A stretch of DNA of 64,000 nucleotides. Origin: a bacterium. Lineage in GTDB: Bacteria; Hinthialibacterota; Hinthialibacteria; Hinthialibacterales; Hinthialibacteraceae. The stretch spans positions 1-64,000 of the forward strand of contig JBHGBC010000008.1 of the NCBI GenBank assembly GCA_041946805.1. Direction: 5' to 3'. A program made the translations under genes and the position numbers. Positions 29,131 to 39,856 of this stretch are shown here, piece after piece. The notes under the pieces are model-generated. The model did not search any database and was not told where the DNA came from. It saw nothing but the letters and a program-made list of their open reading frames with translations. Position 1 is the first letter of the stretch. Every line of letters begins with the position of its first letter.

Positions 29131-29487
29131 ATGGCCAATCCGTTTCGTTTTACACGTTTTCTGGAATCGGCTCAGCTGTCTCCGGGAGCGGTGATTGCGT
29201 TTATCATCCATATCCCCAACTTCATCCGGCTCCTTTCACGCCTCTTGAACGATCCCCGGGTTCCCTATCATCTGAAACTCTTTTGTTATTTCGCGATGAT
29301 CTATTTCATTTTCCCCCTGGATCTCTGGAGGGATTTCCGGCTATTCGGCCTGGGGTATGCCGACGACGTTTTGCTTCTCTTCTTCGCGTTCCGCAAGTTG
29401 GTGCGCGATTCGCCGCCGGAAGTCGTGCGCGAGCATGTGGAAGCCATCAGCCAAGGCCGTCCCGCCCCGGAATACAGGAAGGATTAA
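29131..29487 (+). CDS. YkvA/DUF1232 family membrane protein
   Basis: DPRVP...K...YFIFPLDL......GLGYADD. Confidence 0.85.
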   Translation: MANPFRFTRFLESAQLSPGAVIAFIIHIPNFIRLLSRLLNDPRVPYHLKLFCYFAMIYFIFPLDLWRDFRLFGLGYADDVLLLFFAFRKLVRDSPPEVVREHVEAISQGRPAPEYRKD

Positions 29488-29595
29488 CGGCAAGCGGGAA
29501 GGAATCGAACGGCTGGGCGGAAAGGCTGATTCGCAATGCCAGATGCGGCTATTCACTCGATTGCAGAAAAGGGATGAATTTCTCCTTTTCAGGGC

Positions 29596-29632
29596 TTCTC
29601 TCACCCTGGCCCTCTTCCAAAGGGAGAGGGAA
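29596..29632 (+). repeat. REP-A copy
   Basis: CTCTCACCCTGGCCCTCTTCCAAAGGGAGAGGG. Confidence 0.75.
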
Positions 29633-29720
29633 TCGTTGCGCGTTCCCATCGATACTCGTGGCAAGAACACGGCACCGAGAAAGCACTGCATTCGGATAAA
29701 TGGTGGATGTCCGTTATTAC

Positions 29721-31376
29721 TCACTTCGCCGGCACGAAAATCCGCAGGCGGGCGCGGGCTTGGGGAAAGAAGCGCTCGTATTCGAGTTTGAACTCCTCCA
29801 GAAACGGGACCAACTTGCAGAATTCATGCACGCCGCCGAAAACCGCTTCGAAATTGACAACTTCCCATGGCGCGGTGGATTCGAGCAGCACGATCTTGTT
29901 GGACTGGGTGACGTACAGTTCATGGCGCAGGATTTTGAACCGCTCCTCCATCGGCAGATTCCGCACCGATTCGCCCGGGCGGAACAGGAAGAGATGGTTC
30001 CAGTAGGTCACGGCCTTATGCCAATCCCGCTGCAGCCGGTCCAGGGATGAAATCATGTAAAAGGTCGCCGCCGGGGGGTTGGCGAGGTCGTGGGTGATGA
30101 AAAAAGCGATCCGGTCGGAGGGCTGGAAACGGTCGATCACCGCGCGGATGGGAGTTTCATACACGTTTTGCTGGTTTACCTGCGCCTGCCGGTAGAAGCG
30201 GGATTGAAATTGCGTGCAAGCCAGGACCAGGACCGCGATCACGGTTCCGTTGATGATGCCCGCGCCTTTCGGACAACGCCAATACGCCTGAGAAAACAAG
30301 GCGCGGACGGCTTCACCCGTAAGAATGAAAAACAATCCCATGGGGATGAATTGAAAACGCTCCATCTTGAACGGGTGATAGACCGCGGCCAGAAAATGGA
30401 CAAGAAACACTGCCATCATGGGATTGCGGAGTGAAAGCCGTCCCGTCAACGGCCCGCCGATGAACACCAGCGCCAGGGCGGCTACCGCCAGCCAGGGAAC
30501 CGCGAAATAGGCCTGGGGAATCACCTGCGGATAATAAAACAGGCTGGACAGTCCCCACGGCATGTACGCCGCCGGATTGTTCACCGCGAAATAGATCAGG
30601 TTCTCCCACTTGCGGCTGGATTCGGGGATGAACCACAATCCCACCAACACCACCGGCACGCCGAAGAGCACCAGGTTGCTGCGTTTGAACAGGCCGCGCA
30701 GTTCATATCCCCCCAGGGCATAGCGGTTCACCAGCAGACCGGCCACAGTCAGGAAGGCGTAGTTATATTTATAGAAAAAAATCAATGCCAGCAGCGTTCC
30801 GGGCAGAATCCAGCGGGTCCATTTCGCTTGGGGATCGGAGGGAATCGCGACCAGCGCGGCGAGCACCAAAAACAAGCCGAAGATTTCGCTCATCATGCTC
30901 ACGGCGTGTTGGACAACGATGGGCGAGGTCGTGTACAGCGCCCAGGCGGTCACGGCGCCCGCCCACGCCCAGGGACTGCGCCGCCGGGTGAACCAAGCCA
31001 GGATCATCAAGGCGGTGCCCAGATGCGCGCCGAGCGACAACAAGCGGGCGGAGGCCAGCGAAGGCTGGAATAATACAAACAGAATCCCTGTGATCCACGA
31101 ATGCAAATACGGCCAGACCACCTGGGCGTTGGTGTGCTTCCAAAAGTGCATCAAATCGAAATGGCGCAGGTCGTACCAGATATGCGAGGCCCAGGCGCAG
31201 CGCTCGTATTCGTCCCAGCAGGGCAATCCCCCGTGGCGTACGGAATACACGTAGAGCCAGAGGGTCAGGATTATACTCCAAAATATCAGCGCCCAGCCCA
31301 AAATCCGCCACGGCAATCCTAACCGGGGCGGTGAGAAGGCGGGATCTGGGCTGGGATGGGGATTCGAGTCATTCAT
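29721..31376 (-). CDS. GT-C superfamily (ArnT/PMT-like) membrane glycosyltransferase
   Basis: WDE acidic motif after TM1, WPYLHSW, SLASARLLS, YKYNY, ERF; about 11 TM helices. Confidence 0.8.
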   Translation of the reverse strand: MNDSNPHPSPDPAFSPPRLGLPWRILGWALIFWSIILTLWLYVYSVRHGGLPCWDEYERCAWASHIWYDLRHFDLMHFWKHTNAQVVWPYLHSWITGILFVLFQPSLASARLLSLGAHLGTALMILAWFTRRRSPWAWAGAVTAWALYTTSPIVVQHAVSMMSEIFGLFLVLAALVAIPSDPQAKWTRWILPGTLLALIFFYKYNYAFLTVAGLLVNRYALGGYELRGLFKRSNLVLFGVPVVLVGLWFIPESSRKWENLIYFAVNNPAAYMPWGLSSLFYYPQVIPQAYFAVPWLAVAALALVFIGGPLTGRLSLRNPMMAVFLVHFLAAVYHPFKMERFQFIPMGLFFILTGEAVRALFSQAYWRCPKGAGIINGTVIAVLVLACTQFQSRFYRQAQVNQQNVYETPIRAVIDRFQPSDRIAFFITHDLANPPAATFYMISSLDRLQRDWHKAVTYWNHLFLFRPGESVRNLPMEERFKILRHELYVTQSNKIVLLESTAPWEVVNFEAVFGGVHEFCKLVPFLEEFKLEYERFFPQARARLRIFVPAK

Positions 31377-31455
31377 CGGGATGAAACCAGGCCTCGATAT
31401 AATTTTGGTTTTACCAATCCGTGTGTGTATGAAGGGAATGACATCAAAAAAGGCA

Positions 31456-31491
31456 TTCCCTCATCCCAACCCTCTCCCAGAGGGAGAGGGA
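31456..31491 (+). repeat. REP-A copy
   Basis: CCCTCATCCCAACCCTCTCCCAGAGGGAGAGGG. Confidence 0.75.
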
Positions 31492-31556
31492 GCAGGCTTG
31501 GATTGTCTGCCAAGGTGAATTGACATACCATCGCACTTTTTGAAATGTGTACTTAT

Positions 31557-33287
31557 TTACGGTTCGTCCTTCGTTTTCTCCTTCAGGCAGTTAATTGATA
31601 ATTCCCGCAAAGTAAAGATGCGCACCCGCGTATGAGTCCAGTGGAATTCCTCTTCATAATTCAATTCACATTCTTCCAGCTGGGGCACCAGCTTCGCCAT
31701 TTCCGCCACGCCCCCGTAGGCCTGTTCATACGCCGGGCCGGAGAGCGGTTCGAGACAGTCCACAATGGCGATCTGGGTGACTTTCCGGCCTTCCAGCACC
31801 CGGCGCAGCTCTTTGATCCTTTCTTCGGGGGAAAGAGATGTCACCGATTCCCGGCTCCGGAACAGAAAAACCAGGTTCCAGCGGTGCTCTCCGGTCCGGA
31901 CGTCGTATTCCAACTGGTCGAACCGGGTGATGTAGTAATAAAAAATCGAAGGCGGGGGGATGGAATCGTAAGCGAGAAACAGTGCGGTCCGGCCCGACGG
32001 ATCCACCCGGTCCAGGATGGCTTCCAAGGGAGTGATGAAACTGTTTTCCTGGCGGATTTGCGGCTCGTGGCAACGGTCCGCCCCGTAATCGACGGCAGGC
32101 AACAGGATCAGAAGGCATCCGGTCCAGGCTGCCGCGGTGGATTTGATCCGCATGGAAGTAAAAATCCGGGTAAGCACTTCATCCAGTACCTGGCCGGACA
32201 ATACGAAGAACAATCCCACGGCGATAAATTGAAAGCGGTCCATCTTCATGGGATGGATTTCAGCGGCTAGAAAGTGGACCAAGAAGCAGGCGAACACCGG
32301 ATTGGTCAGCCGCAGTTTCACCGAAACGGGAAACTCGATCAGCATCAACGTCACGCCGGCGGTGAAAAGGAACGGCAGCGCGAAATAGACCTCGGGGATG
32401 TGTTGGGGATAATACAGCAGGCTCGCCAGGCCGAAGGGCGTATAAACCTGGGGATTGTTGAACGCGAAGTCCCAGAAGTTTTTCCATTTATGGGCGGTGT
32501 CGGGGATGAACCACAGCGCCAGGCCAAAAATGGGAATACCGAATAAGATCAGGTTGCCGCAACTTGCCGCCTTCCGGAGTGAAAACCGCGCCCTGGCCGA
32601 CCGGTGAACCAGCAAGGCCGCCCAGGTCAATCCGGCAAAGTTGTATTTGAACATGAAAAGCAACGCGAGCAGGATGCCACTGGGAATGAACCATCCCGGC
32701 CGCTCGTCTTTCTCTCGTGGCAAACACGTGATAATAGCCAGCACCAAGAACAAGCCGGACAATTCCGTCATGATGGTGACGGAATTTTGCAGTACGATGG
32801 GTGAGGTGGTGAACAGGCCCCAGGCCGCCGCCGCGCCCGCCGGGGCGAACGGCCGCCTTTCCCGCAGGAGGAGCCACACGGTCAGGCACGCCGTCCCCCA
32901 AAACGCGAAGAGGGACACTAATGCCGCCGTGGCGAACGACGGGCGGAACAGCACGAACAAGATTCCCGTGATCCACGAATGCAAAAACGGCCAGACCGCC
33001 AGACTGTTGGTATGCAGCCAGAAATGGGCGAAATCGAGGTGGCGGATGTCGTACCAGATCCGCGCGGCCGAGGAGACACGCTCGAAGCCATCCCATTCAG
33101 GCAAGCCGCCATACCGCGCCGAGTACCAATAGAGCCAAACGGTCAGCACCAGGGTCCACAAACCCAAAAAGCATCCCAGCACTTCATGGGAGAACGAATA
33201 GCGGCCGGTATCCGGGAAACCGCCGGGAAATTTGGATTCCATGCTATGCTGCACACCCATCTTTTCGCTAGAACCGCCTCGCGTCAC
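31557..33287 (-). CDS. GT-C superfamily membrane glycosyltransferase, tandem paralog
   Basis: Colinear with 29721..31376 (WPFLHSWITGILFVLF, FKYNF, KMDRFQFI). The start may be 33242. Confidence 0.8.
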   Translation of the reverse strand: MTRGGSSEKMGVQHSMESKFPGGFPDTGRYSFSHEVLGCFLGLWTLVLTVWLYWYSARYGGLPEWDGFERVSSAARIWYDIRHLDFAHFWLHTNSLAVWPFLHSWITGILFVLFRPSFATAALVSLFAFWGTACLTVWLLLRERRPFAPAGAAAAWGLFTTSPIVLQNSVTIMTELSGLFLVLAIITCLPREKDERPGWFIPSGILLALLFMFKYNFAGLTWAALLVHRSARARFSLRKAASCGNLILFGIPIFGLALWFIPDTAHKWKNFWDFAFNNPQVYTPFGLASLLYYPQHIPEVYFALPFLFTAGVTLMLIEFPVSVKLRLTNPVFACFLVHFLAAEIHPMKMDRFQFIAVGLFFVLSGQVLDEVLTRIFTSMRIKSTAAAWTGCLLILLPAVDYGADRCHEPQIRQENSFITPLEAILDRVDPSGRTALFLAYDSIPPPSIFYYYITRFDQLEYDVRTGEHRWNLVFLFRSRESVTSLSPEERIKELRRVLEGRKVTQIAIVDCLEPLSGPAYEQAYGGVAEMAKLVPQLEECELNYEEEFHWTHTRVRIFTLRELSINCLKEKTKDEP

Positions 33288-33390
33288 TGTTCGCTCCCCT
33301 GGCGGTTATGATACATTACCGTAAAAACAAATCCCAAGCCCCGGCTTTGGAGAGATAGTGATTGCCATTTTGAAAAAACCAAACCCAGGA

Positions 33391-33545
33391 ACCCAGGACT
33401 GAAGTCCTGGGCTAGTTTGAATTTCTTCGGATGCTGTAGGGAAAGAACCATGGGATGGATTCGCGCAGCGTAATCCATCCATGTAACCGGCATTTCATCC
33501 CCGAGGGGGATGCCGGTGGGGTAGCCGTAGGTTTTAACCTACGGG
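33391..33545. repeat. REPIN-like doublet of inverted TAGCC-type palindromes
   Basis: CCCAGGACTGAAGTCCTGGGCTA ... GTAGCCGTAGGTTTTAACCTACGGG with internal hairpins; a related copy is at 47362-47386. Confidence 0.6.
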
Positions 33546-33579
33546 AAAATCGGCAGGCACTTCGGTTAAGGAGTCCATC

Positions 33580-34578
<999 letters not shown>

Positions 34579-34590
34579 CGCGGGGGATTC

Positions 34591-35241
34591 ATGCCGGGGT
34601 TCTTCATTACCGTGGAAGGCATCGAGGGGGCGGGCAAAACCACCGTCGCCGAACGCCTGGAAACGTGGCTGCAAGTCCGGGGCCACGCCACCTTCCGCGC
34701 GCGCGAACCGGGCGGCACCCCGACGGGCGAGGCGCTGCGCGGACTGATCCTCGATGCCGGGCATCCGTTGGGTGTGGAGGCGGAACTGTTGCTCATCGAG
34801 GCGGCCCGCGCCCAACTGATGGACGAGGTGGTCCTGCCCCGTCTGGAATTGGGACAGACCGTGATCCTCGACCGGCATATCGATTCGACCACCGCCTACC
34901 AAGGCTACGGCCGTGGGCTGGATCTGGATTGGATCGCCCGGCTGAACCATTTCGCCACCCGCGGCCGCCGCCCCGACCGCACCCTCCTGCTGGACGTGGA
35001 CGCCGCCGTGGGCCTGGCCCGCGCGCGCGGCAGCAAGCCGGACACCCCCTACGCGGACCGCTTCGAAACCGAGGAACTGGCCTTCATGGAGCGCGTCCGG
35101 CAAGGCTTCCTCACGCTCGCCCGCTCCGAGCCTCAACGATTCCATGTCGTGAATGCTGAAGCCGGGGTGGAGGAGGTGTGGCGGAAAGTATGTACAGGGA
35201 TTGAGAGGGAAGAAGCAAATCATCATCCCCAACGGGATTGA
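34591..35241 (+). CDS. tmk: Thymidylate kinase
   Basis: FITVEGIEGAGKTT, REPGGT, LDRHIDSTTAYQG. Confidence 0.96.
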   Translation: MPGFFITVEGIEGAGKTTVAERLETWLQVRGHATFRAREPGGTPTGEALRGLILDAGHPLGVEAELLLIEAARAQLMDEVVLPRLELGQTVILDRHIDSTTAYQGYGRGLDLDWIARLNHFATRGRRPDRTLLLDVDAAVGLARARGSKPDTPYADRFETEELAFMERVRQGFLTLARSEPQRFHVVNAEAGVEEVWRKVCTGIEREEANHHPQRD

Positions 35242-35302
35242 TATTTATGGTTCATCCAAGAAGTGCGTACCGGCTGAAGTAACATTGATTTCATTCGCCC
35301 CT

Positions 35303-35462
35303 GGATGAGGGCGGATACCAAGGTCCACCCCTCAAAAATTCCCTCACCCAGTCTCTCTCCCAGAAGGAGAGGAAATTTGGGGGGGGTGTTTTCATCAATT
35401 CCCGTGAAGAAACACGAACCAGTCATCTGAAAAAAGTACGCACTTGCCGGAAGAGCCATATT
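35303..35462 (+). repeat. Composite intergenic repeat (B-A-C), full copy
   Basis: Aligns end to end by eye with 42100..42262. Confidence 0.8.
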
Positions 35463-35668
35463 CACATCTCTTTACGTGTTCAAGCCATATCACTCGGATT
35501 GTCATCTCTTCATCTATGGCAATCGAATAGATGGCCTCAATAAAATCCATTTTGGTGAAACAAGGAATATTGGTTTCCACGGTTGCCCCTCGCGGCTTTC
35601 AACCGTTATCCCGGGAGGCTATGGTACAATAGGCTGCAATTCAATCTGAGAAATGGCATGATCGCGCT

Positions 35669-38254
35669 ATGAGAACCGTTTCCCGTCCGGCTGGCTGGTT
35701 GGCATGGTTGATATTCGTGGCGGTGTGCGCCGGAATCCTTCCGGGCGCTGGCTGGGGCGCGAGCGTGGAGAAAGCCGCCGCGTCCGAATGCGATCCCCCC
35801 TTTGTGTATTCCCCCATCCGCGTCCTGGAGGCGCGGGATACCGCCAGCCGCGCGCAATGGACCGAGTTGATGATCGACGCCGGGGCGGGCGATCCCTCCC
35901 GGCCCGAGAATCAAATCCAGGCGGCGTGCCTGAAGGCCGTGCTGTTCGGCGGGGAGGAGCGCCTGACCCGGGCCGTTCAGACCTTCACCGATTTACTGGG
36001 TGAATGGATCGAAGCGGGCCCCGCCGGGGAGCCGTTTCCCCCCCGGGGGGTGACACAACTCGCGCAATCCCTCGACTGGCTGTCGGCCACCCCCGAATGG
36101 CTTAAAACCGGCCTGCCGGAGCGGCAGGCGCTGCGGGACCGGTACGCGGAGCGGGTCCGCCCCATTTTTTCATCCGCCCCGGACGGCTTGGTTGAGGATG
36201 CCCGGTATCATTTTCAGGCGGCGAAGCTGTATGCGGGGTTGATCGCGGGCGCGACCGCCTGGGTGGAGGAGAGCCTGCGAGGCAACGAGAAAATCCCGGG
36301 GCTGGAGGCCGCCGCCCGCCAGGCGCTGACCAGCGAGGGTCGGCTGGCTTCGGGAACGCTGCAGCGGCATTCGGAAACCGGATGCGATTTTCTCCTGGCC
36401 GGGGCGGCCCTGAAATCGTGCTCGCCCGAGGCGTATGCCGCCCTGGAGCCGCTCCTGCAGAAAACGGTCACCGTGCTGACGGCGCTCGCCTATCCTTCCA
36501 GCCGTTTCCCGGCGGTGCTGACGCGGGAGAAAACCGGCGGGCAGGAACTGATCCGCTTTCTCGAAATCGGCTACGCGCTGTTTCCCGATCCCAATCTGCG
36601 CAACCTCCTGGTGGAGTTATACAAAACGAATCCCCGCCGGCCGGAATCCCTGCTCTTTTCCGAATCCAGCCTATTGGCGGGAGGGCCGCCGGGGGCGGTT
36701 CCCTCGATCGCGATGCCGCAAACCGGCGCGGCGGTGATTCATGATGTTTCGGACAAAATCCCCCTGTCGCTGTATCTCGACACCGGTTTGTCGGGACGGA
36801 CCGGGCCGTCCGCCCTGCTTGCCATCGAATGGATGGGTCCGCCCGCGCCGCGGGTTACGCGAAATGAATCATCTACCGCCGAGTTCAACACGGTGGTGGT
36901 TGACCGGATGTCTCAATCCGCCGCGCCCGAGAGTATGGACGCGCCACGCAACGCCTTGCTCGGGTCATGGAAATCCTTCGAGGATGGAACCACCTACGTC
37001 AAGGCGGTGGCGGACGGCCACTACACCGAGCGCGCGGCCTATCCCGCGTCCGCGGACGGCGCGCCCGTGACGACGTATGAGCGGACGCTGTATCTCTCGT
37101 CGCCCTTCGCGGTGGACCTGTTCCGGGTCCGGGGCGGCCGGATGCACGATTGGATCTACCACGCGCCCGCGCCGCTTGAATCGCTGGCGGGTGGCGAATG
37201 GGCGGACTATAAAGCGGAAGCGGAGGATTACGCCTTCGTCCGGGACGCGGCGGGATTCATGCGGACCGCGTCGCCGCAAGGAGTGTACGGTCTCGTGTAC
37301 AAGCCCGTGGGAGAGAAAAATCTCCGGGAGCGGGTGTGGTTCATCGATCCCGTGGGGACCCAATTGATCACGGGCGAGGCGGGCGGCGGCTCGTTTGTCA
37401 TCGCCCGCCGGAATATGGAAGGGGACGAAGGCGATCTCTACGCCGTGTTTCATGATTGGTCCGCGGGCGAGGCCCCGGACATCAAGATTACCCAGCTGGC
37501 TCTCGATCCGCGGCCCAACCGGCGCGATTTCCAGGCGGTGGCGTTCACGGTTCATTCGGGAAGCGAAACGCATTTATTCCTGTCGTCCACCAATCCCGAG
37601 GTTTCATACTCGGCGAATTACCTCAACCAGCGGATCGTCTTCCAGGGCGGCTTCGGGCACATCCGCCTGCAAAACGGCTCGTTCGCCTCCATGCGCCTCC
37701 TGGACGGAACCAACCTGCGTTACGGCGCCCATGGCCTCTCCTTCGCTACTCCGCTGACCGTGGGCGTGACGCGGCGGATTAACGAGGCGGAAAGCTGGGT
37801 GGAGCTGGACATCCCCGGCCTCTTGCCCTTCGGCCCCGCGGCGCGCAACACTTCCGTGCTGGTGCTGTCGAACGATCCCGCGCCGGTAATGTACCAACCG
37901 CTGATTCTCGACCGCATCGACGAGGGCGAACCGCCGCAAAAGGCCCGTTTGCTCCTGTCGCCCAACCTGCTGCATCCGCTCCCCGGCCTCGGCGCGCCCG
38001 TGAAGCCCGGGGATCCGGTGATGTACGGCCCCGCGGCGGAACTCACGCGCCTGCATCCCGACGTGTACGCGCTGACGTATACCGCCCCCGCGGACGTCAT
38101 GGTGGAAGGAGCCACGGACCGGACCCGCGTCTTCTTGCACAAGGCCGAAGTGCTCTATCAAATCCGGGGCGAAGCCAGCGCCGGCGCGATTCATTTTTCC
38201 GTGAAGCCGATTGAAAGCCGGGAAGGGCGGATCGAATTCGCCCGGATCCCCTGA
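35669..38254 (+). CDS. Secreted heparinase II/III-like protein (probably degenerate)
   Basis: Signal peptide, helical N-terminal half, then NTVVVD, YERTL and VDLFRVRGGRMHDWIYHA. Confidence 0.7.
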   Translation: MRTVSRPAGWLAWLIFVAVCAGILPGAGWGASVEKAAASECDPPFVYSPIRVLEARDTASRAQWTELMIDAGAGDPSRPENQIQAACLKAVLFGGEERLTRAVQTFTDLLGEWIEAGPAGEPFPPRGVTQLAQSLDWLSATPEWLKTGLPERQALRDRYAERVRPIFSSAPDGLVEDARYHFQAAKLYAGLIAGATAWVEESLRGNEKIPGLEAAARQALTSEGRLASGTLQRHSETGCDFLLAGAALKSCSPEAYAALEPLLQKTVTVLTALAYPSSRFPAVLTREKTGGQELIRFLEIGYALFPDPNLRNLLVELYKTNPRRPESLLFSESSLLAGGPPGAVPSIAMPQTGAAVIHDVSDKIPLSLYLDTGLSGRTGPSALLAIEWMGPPAPRVTRNESSTAEFNTVVVDRMSQSAAPESMDAPRNALLGSWKSFEDGTTYVKAVADGHYTERAAYPASADGAPVTTYERTLYLSSPFAVDLFRVRGGRMHDWIYHAPAPLESLAGGEWADYKAEAEDYAFVRDAAGFMRTASPQGVYGLVYKPVGEKNLRERVWFIDPVGTQLITGEAGGGSFVIARRNMEGDEGDLYAVFHDWSAGEAPDIKITQLALDPRPNRRDFQAVAFTVHSGSETHLFLSSTNPEVSYSANYLNQRIVFQGGFGHIRLQNGSFASMRLLDGTNLRYGAHGLSFATPLTVGVTRRINEAESWVELDIPGLLPFGPAARNTSVLVLSNDPAPVMYQPLILDRIDEGEPPQKARLLLSPNLLHPLPGLGAPVKPGDPVMYGPAAELTRLHPDVYALTYTAPADVMVEGATDRTRVFLHKAEVLYQIRGEASAGAIHFSVKPIESREGRIEFARIP

Positions 38255-38338
38255 CGGCGGGAACCTTCATTCTCCCTTGATGAACGCGGGACATCTCGGC
38301 CATACTTTGCTATCCAACATGGGAGGGAGAAGCGCGAT

Positions 38339-38650
38339 ATGCCGGTTTTGCTTTTGGTGGCGGGACTTTTCTGCGGCCCGGCGCACGGATTTTTCTGGGA
38401 TTCGGGAATAGGGCCGGCGGCTTGGGAGCCAGCCGCGGGATTCCCTTTCATGGACATGCTGTTTCCTCTACCCCTCGCCGCGCAATCCAGCCCGGCGGAA
38501 GGGCCGGACAGCTGGCCATTGGGAGGCCAGAAGAGCGATACGGGCCCCCTGATCGTCTTCGCCGCCGGCATTGCCTTGTTTTTAGTGGCCTATCTGTTTG
38601 TCCGGGCGCAGCCTTCATCCAAAAAACGCAAGAAGAAAAAATTCTTCTAG
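38339..38650 (+). CDS. Small hypothetical membrane protein with a C-terminal TM helix and basic tail
   Basis: TM helix followed by SSKKRKKKKFF; start uncertain. Confidence 0.5.
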   Translation: MPVLLLVAGLFCGPAHGFFWDSGIGPAAWEPAAGFPFMDMLFPLPLAAQSSPAEGPDSWPLGGQKSDTGPLIVFAAGIALFLVAYLFVRAQPSSKKRKKKKFF

Positions 38651-38677
38651 GGAGCGCCCAGAAGCCCAGGGGGTTGT

Positions 38678-39856
38678 TTGATGCCCGCCATGCCGGTCAA
38701 ACTCGTCTTTCCATGGGGGATTGTGCTGGCGTTCTCCCTCACGGTGGTGTTTTTTTCCCCAAGCCCCCGGACGGCGCCGCGTTTCAATGATATCCTCCAG
38801 CGTGTCCCGACCGTCCCGGCCGCGGCTTTCGATTCTCTCCACCGCGCCGCGGACGACTCTATCCAATTTCAATGGCATGCTTTGAATCCCGCCCCCGGAT
38901 CGCTGGACGCAAGCCGCATCGCGGAACTGTATTTCCAATTCGGTGAAGCGATTCTGTCCCGGCCGGACACCGGATTCCTCCCGGTGGCGCGGGATCAATT
39001 CTTGCAGGCCGCTGCTTTGTACCCCCCGCTGCGGCAAGGATGGGTGTATTTTCAAATCGGCCGCACGCTGGAGTTGATCGGCCCGCCGTTTCTGGATGAT
39101 GCCCAATCGTATTATTCCCTCGTCTCGATCTACAATCCGGGACGCCTGGCTCTATTGGCCGGCTACCGCATCTCGTTGATCGGCCTCCGCATCCACACGG
39201 AACCGCTCGATCCCAAACCGCTTTACCAGTATGTCCGGTTTTACTCGCGGGATGCCGGCAACGACCTCGCACCGTTCGCGGAAGCGACGTTCCCCGGCCG
39301 GGAGGAAGGGGAATACCTCAACGCCCTCCTCGCATTCCGGGCCGGTATGATGGAAAAGGCGGCCGCCGCGCTGGAACGGTATCTCGCCCTCCAACCCTCC
39401 GATCCCAGCGCCGGGTATTACCGGGACCGGATCACCGGCCGCGCGATGCAAGCGATGTATCCGGCGGACGGGGATTTGCTGGCCTCGTGCTACGCCCCCA
39501 AGGCCTATCGCGACGGATTTTTTTATCTGCCCCATGACGGGTACATTTTAATGGATTTGTATGTTCCCGTTCCCGATCCCCACGGGCTGGCCGTCACGCT
39601 GCGGCTGGAAAAACCCTGGTCCGGCCCCGCGCGGATTTCGGTCACGCTGAATAACGATGTCCATACGGTGTCGTTCCAACCGGAAGCAAGCCGGAACGGG
39701 CAGGATCTCGTTTTCCGTTTCGACTCGGTCCAGGAACGCAATCTCCTGCAATGCCACGTCTTCATGGAGAGGGAAGAAACCGTTTCGCCCCAACCGCCGC
39801 TGCTCCATGTGCGGTCGTTGCAAGCCGGCCTGGTTCCCCGGGAGACGGCGCGGTGA
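38678..39856 (+). CDS. Hypothetical membrane-anchored protein with TPR-like helices
   Basis: N-terminal TM helix and AAAALERYLALQPSD; overlaps the flippase start (GTGA). Confidence 0.7.
   Translation: MMPAMPVKLVFPWGIVLAFSLTVVFFSPSPRTAPRFNDILQRVPTVPAAAFDSLHRAADDSIQFQWHALNPAPGSLDASRIAELYFQFGEAILSRPDTGFLPVARDQFLQAAALYPPLRQGWVYFQIGRTLELIGPPFLDDAQSYYSLVSIYNPGRLALLAGYRISLIGLRIHTEPLDPKPLYQYVRFYSRDAGNDLAPFAEATFPGREEGEYLNALLAFRAGMMEKAAAALERYLALQPSDPSAGYYRDRITGRAMQAMYPADGDLLASCYAPKAYRDGFFYLPHDGYILMDLYVPVPDPHGLAVTLRLEKPWSGPARISVTLNNDVHTVSFQPEASRNGQDLVFRFDSVQERNLLQCHVFMEREETVSPQPPLLHVRSLQAGLVPRETAR

Noticed and set aside
38339..38650. Sortase-like signal (KSDTG + TM + basic tail)
   Set aside because: Not LPxTG, almost no passenger domain, and no sortase in the window; a simple small membrane protein is more likely.
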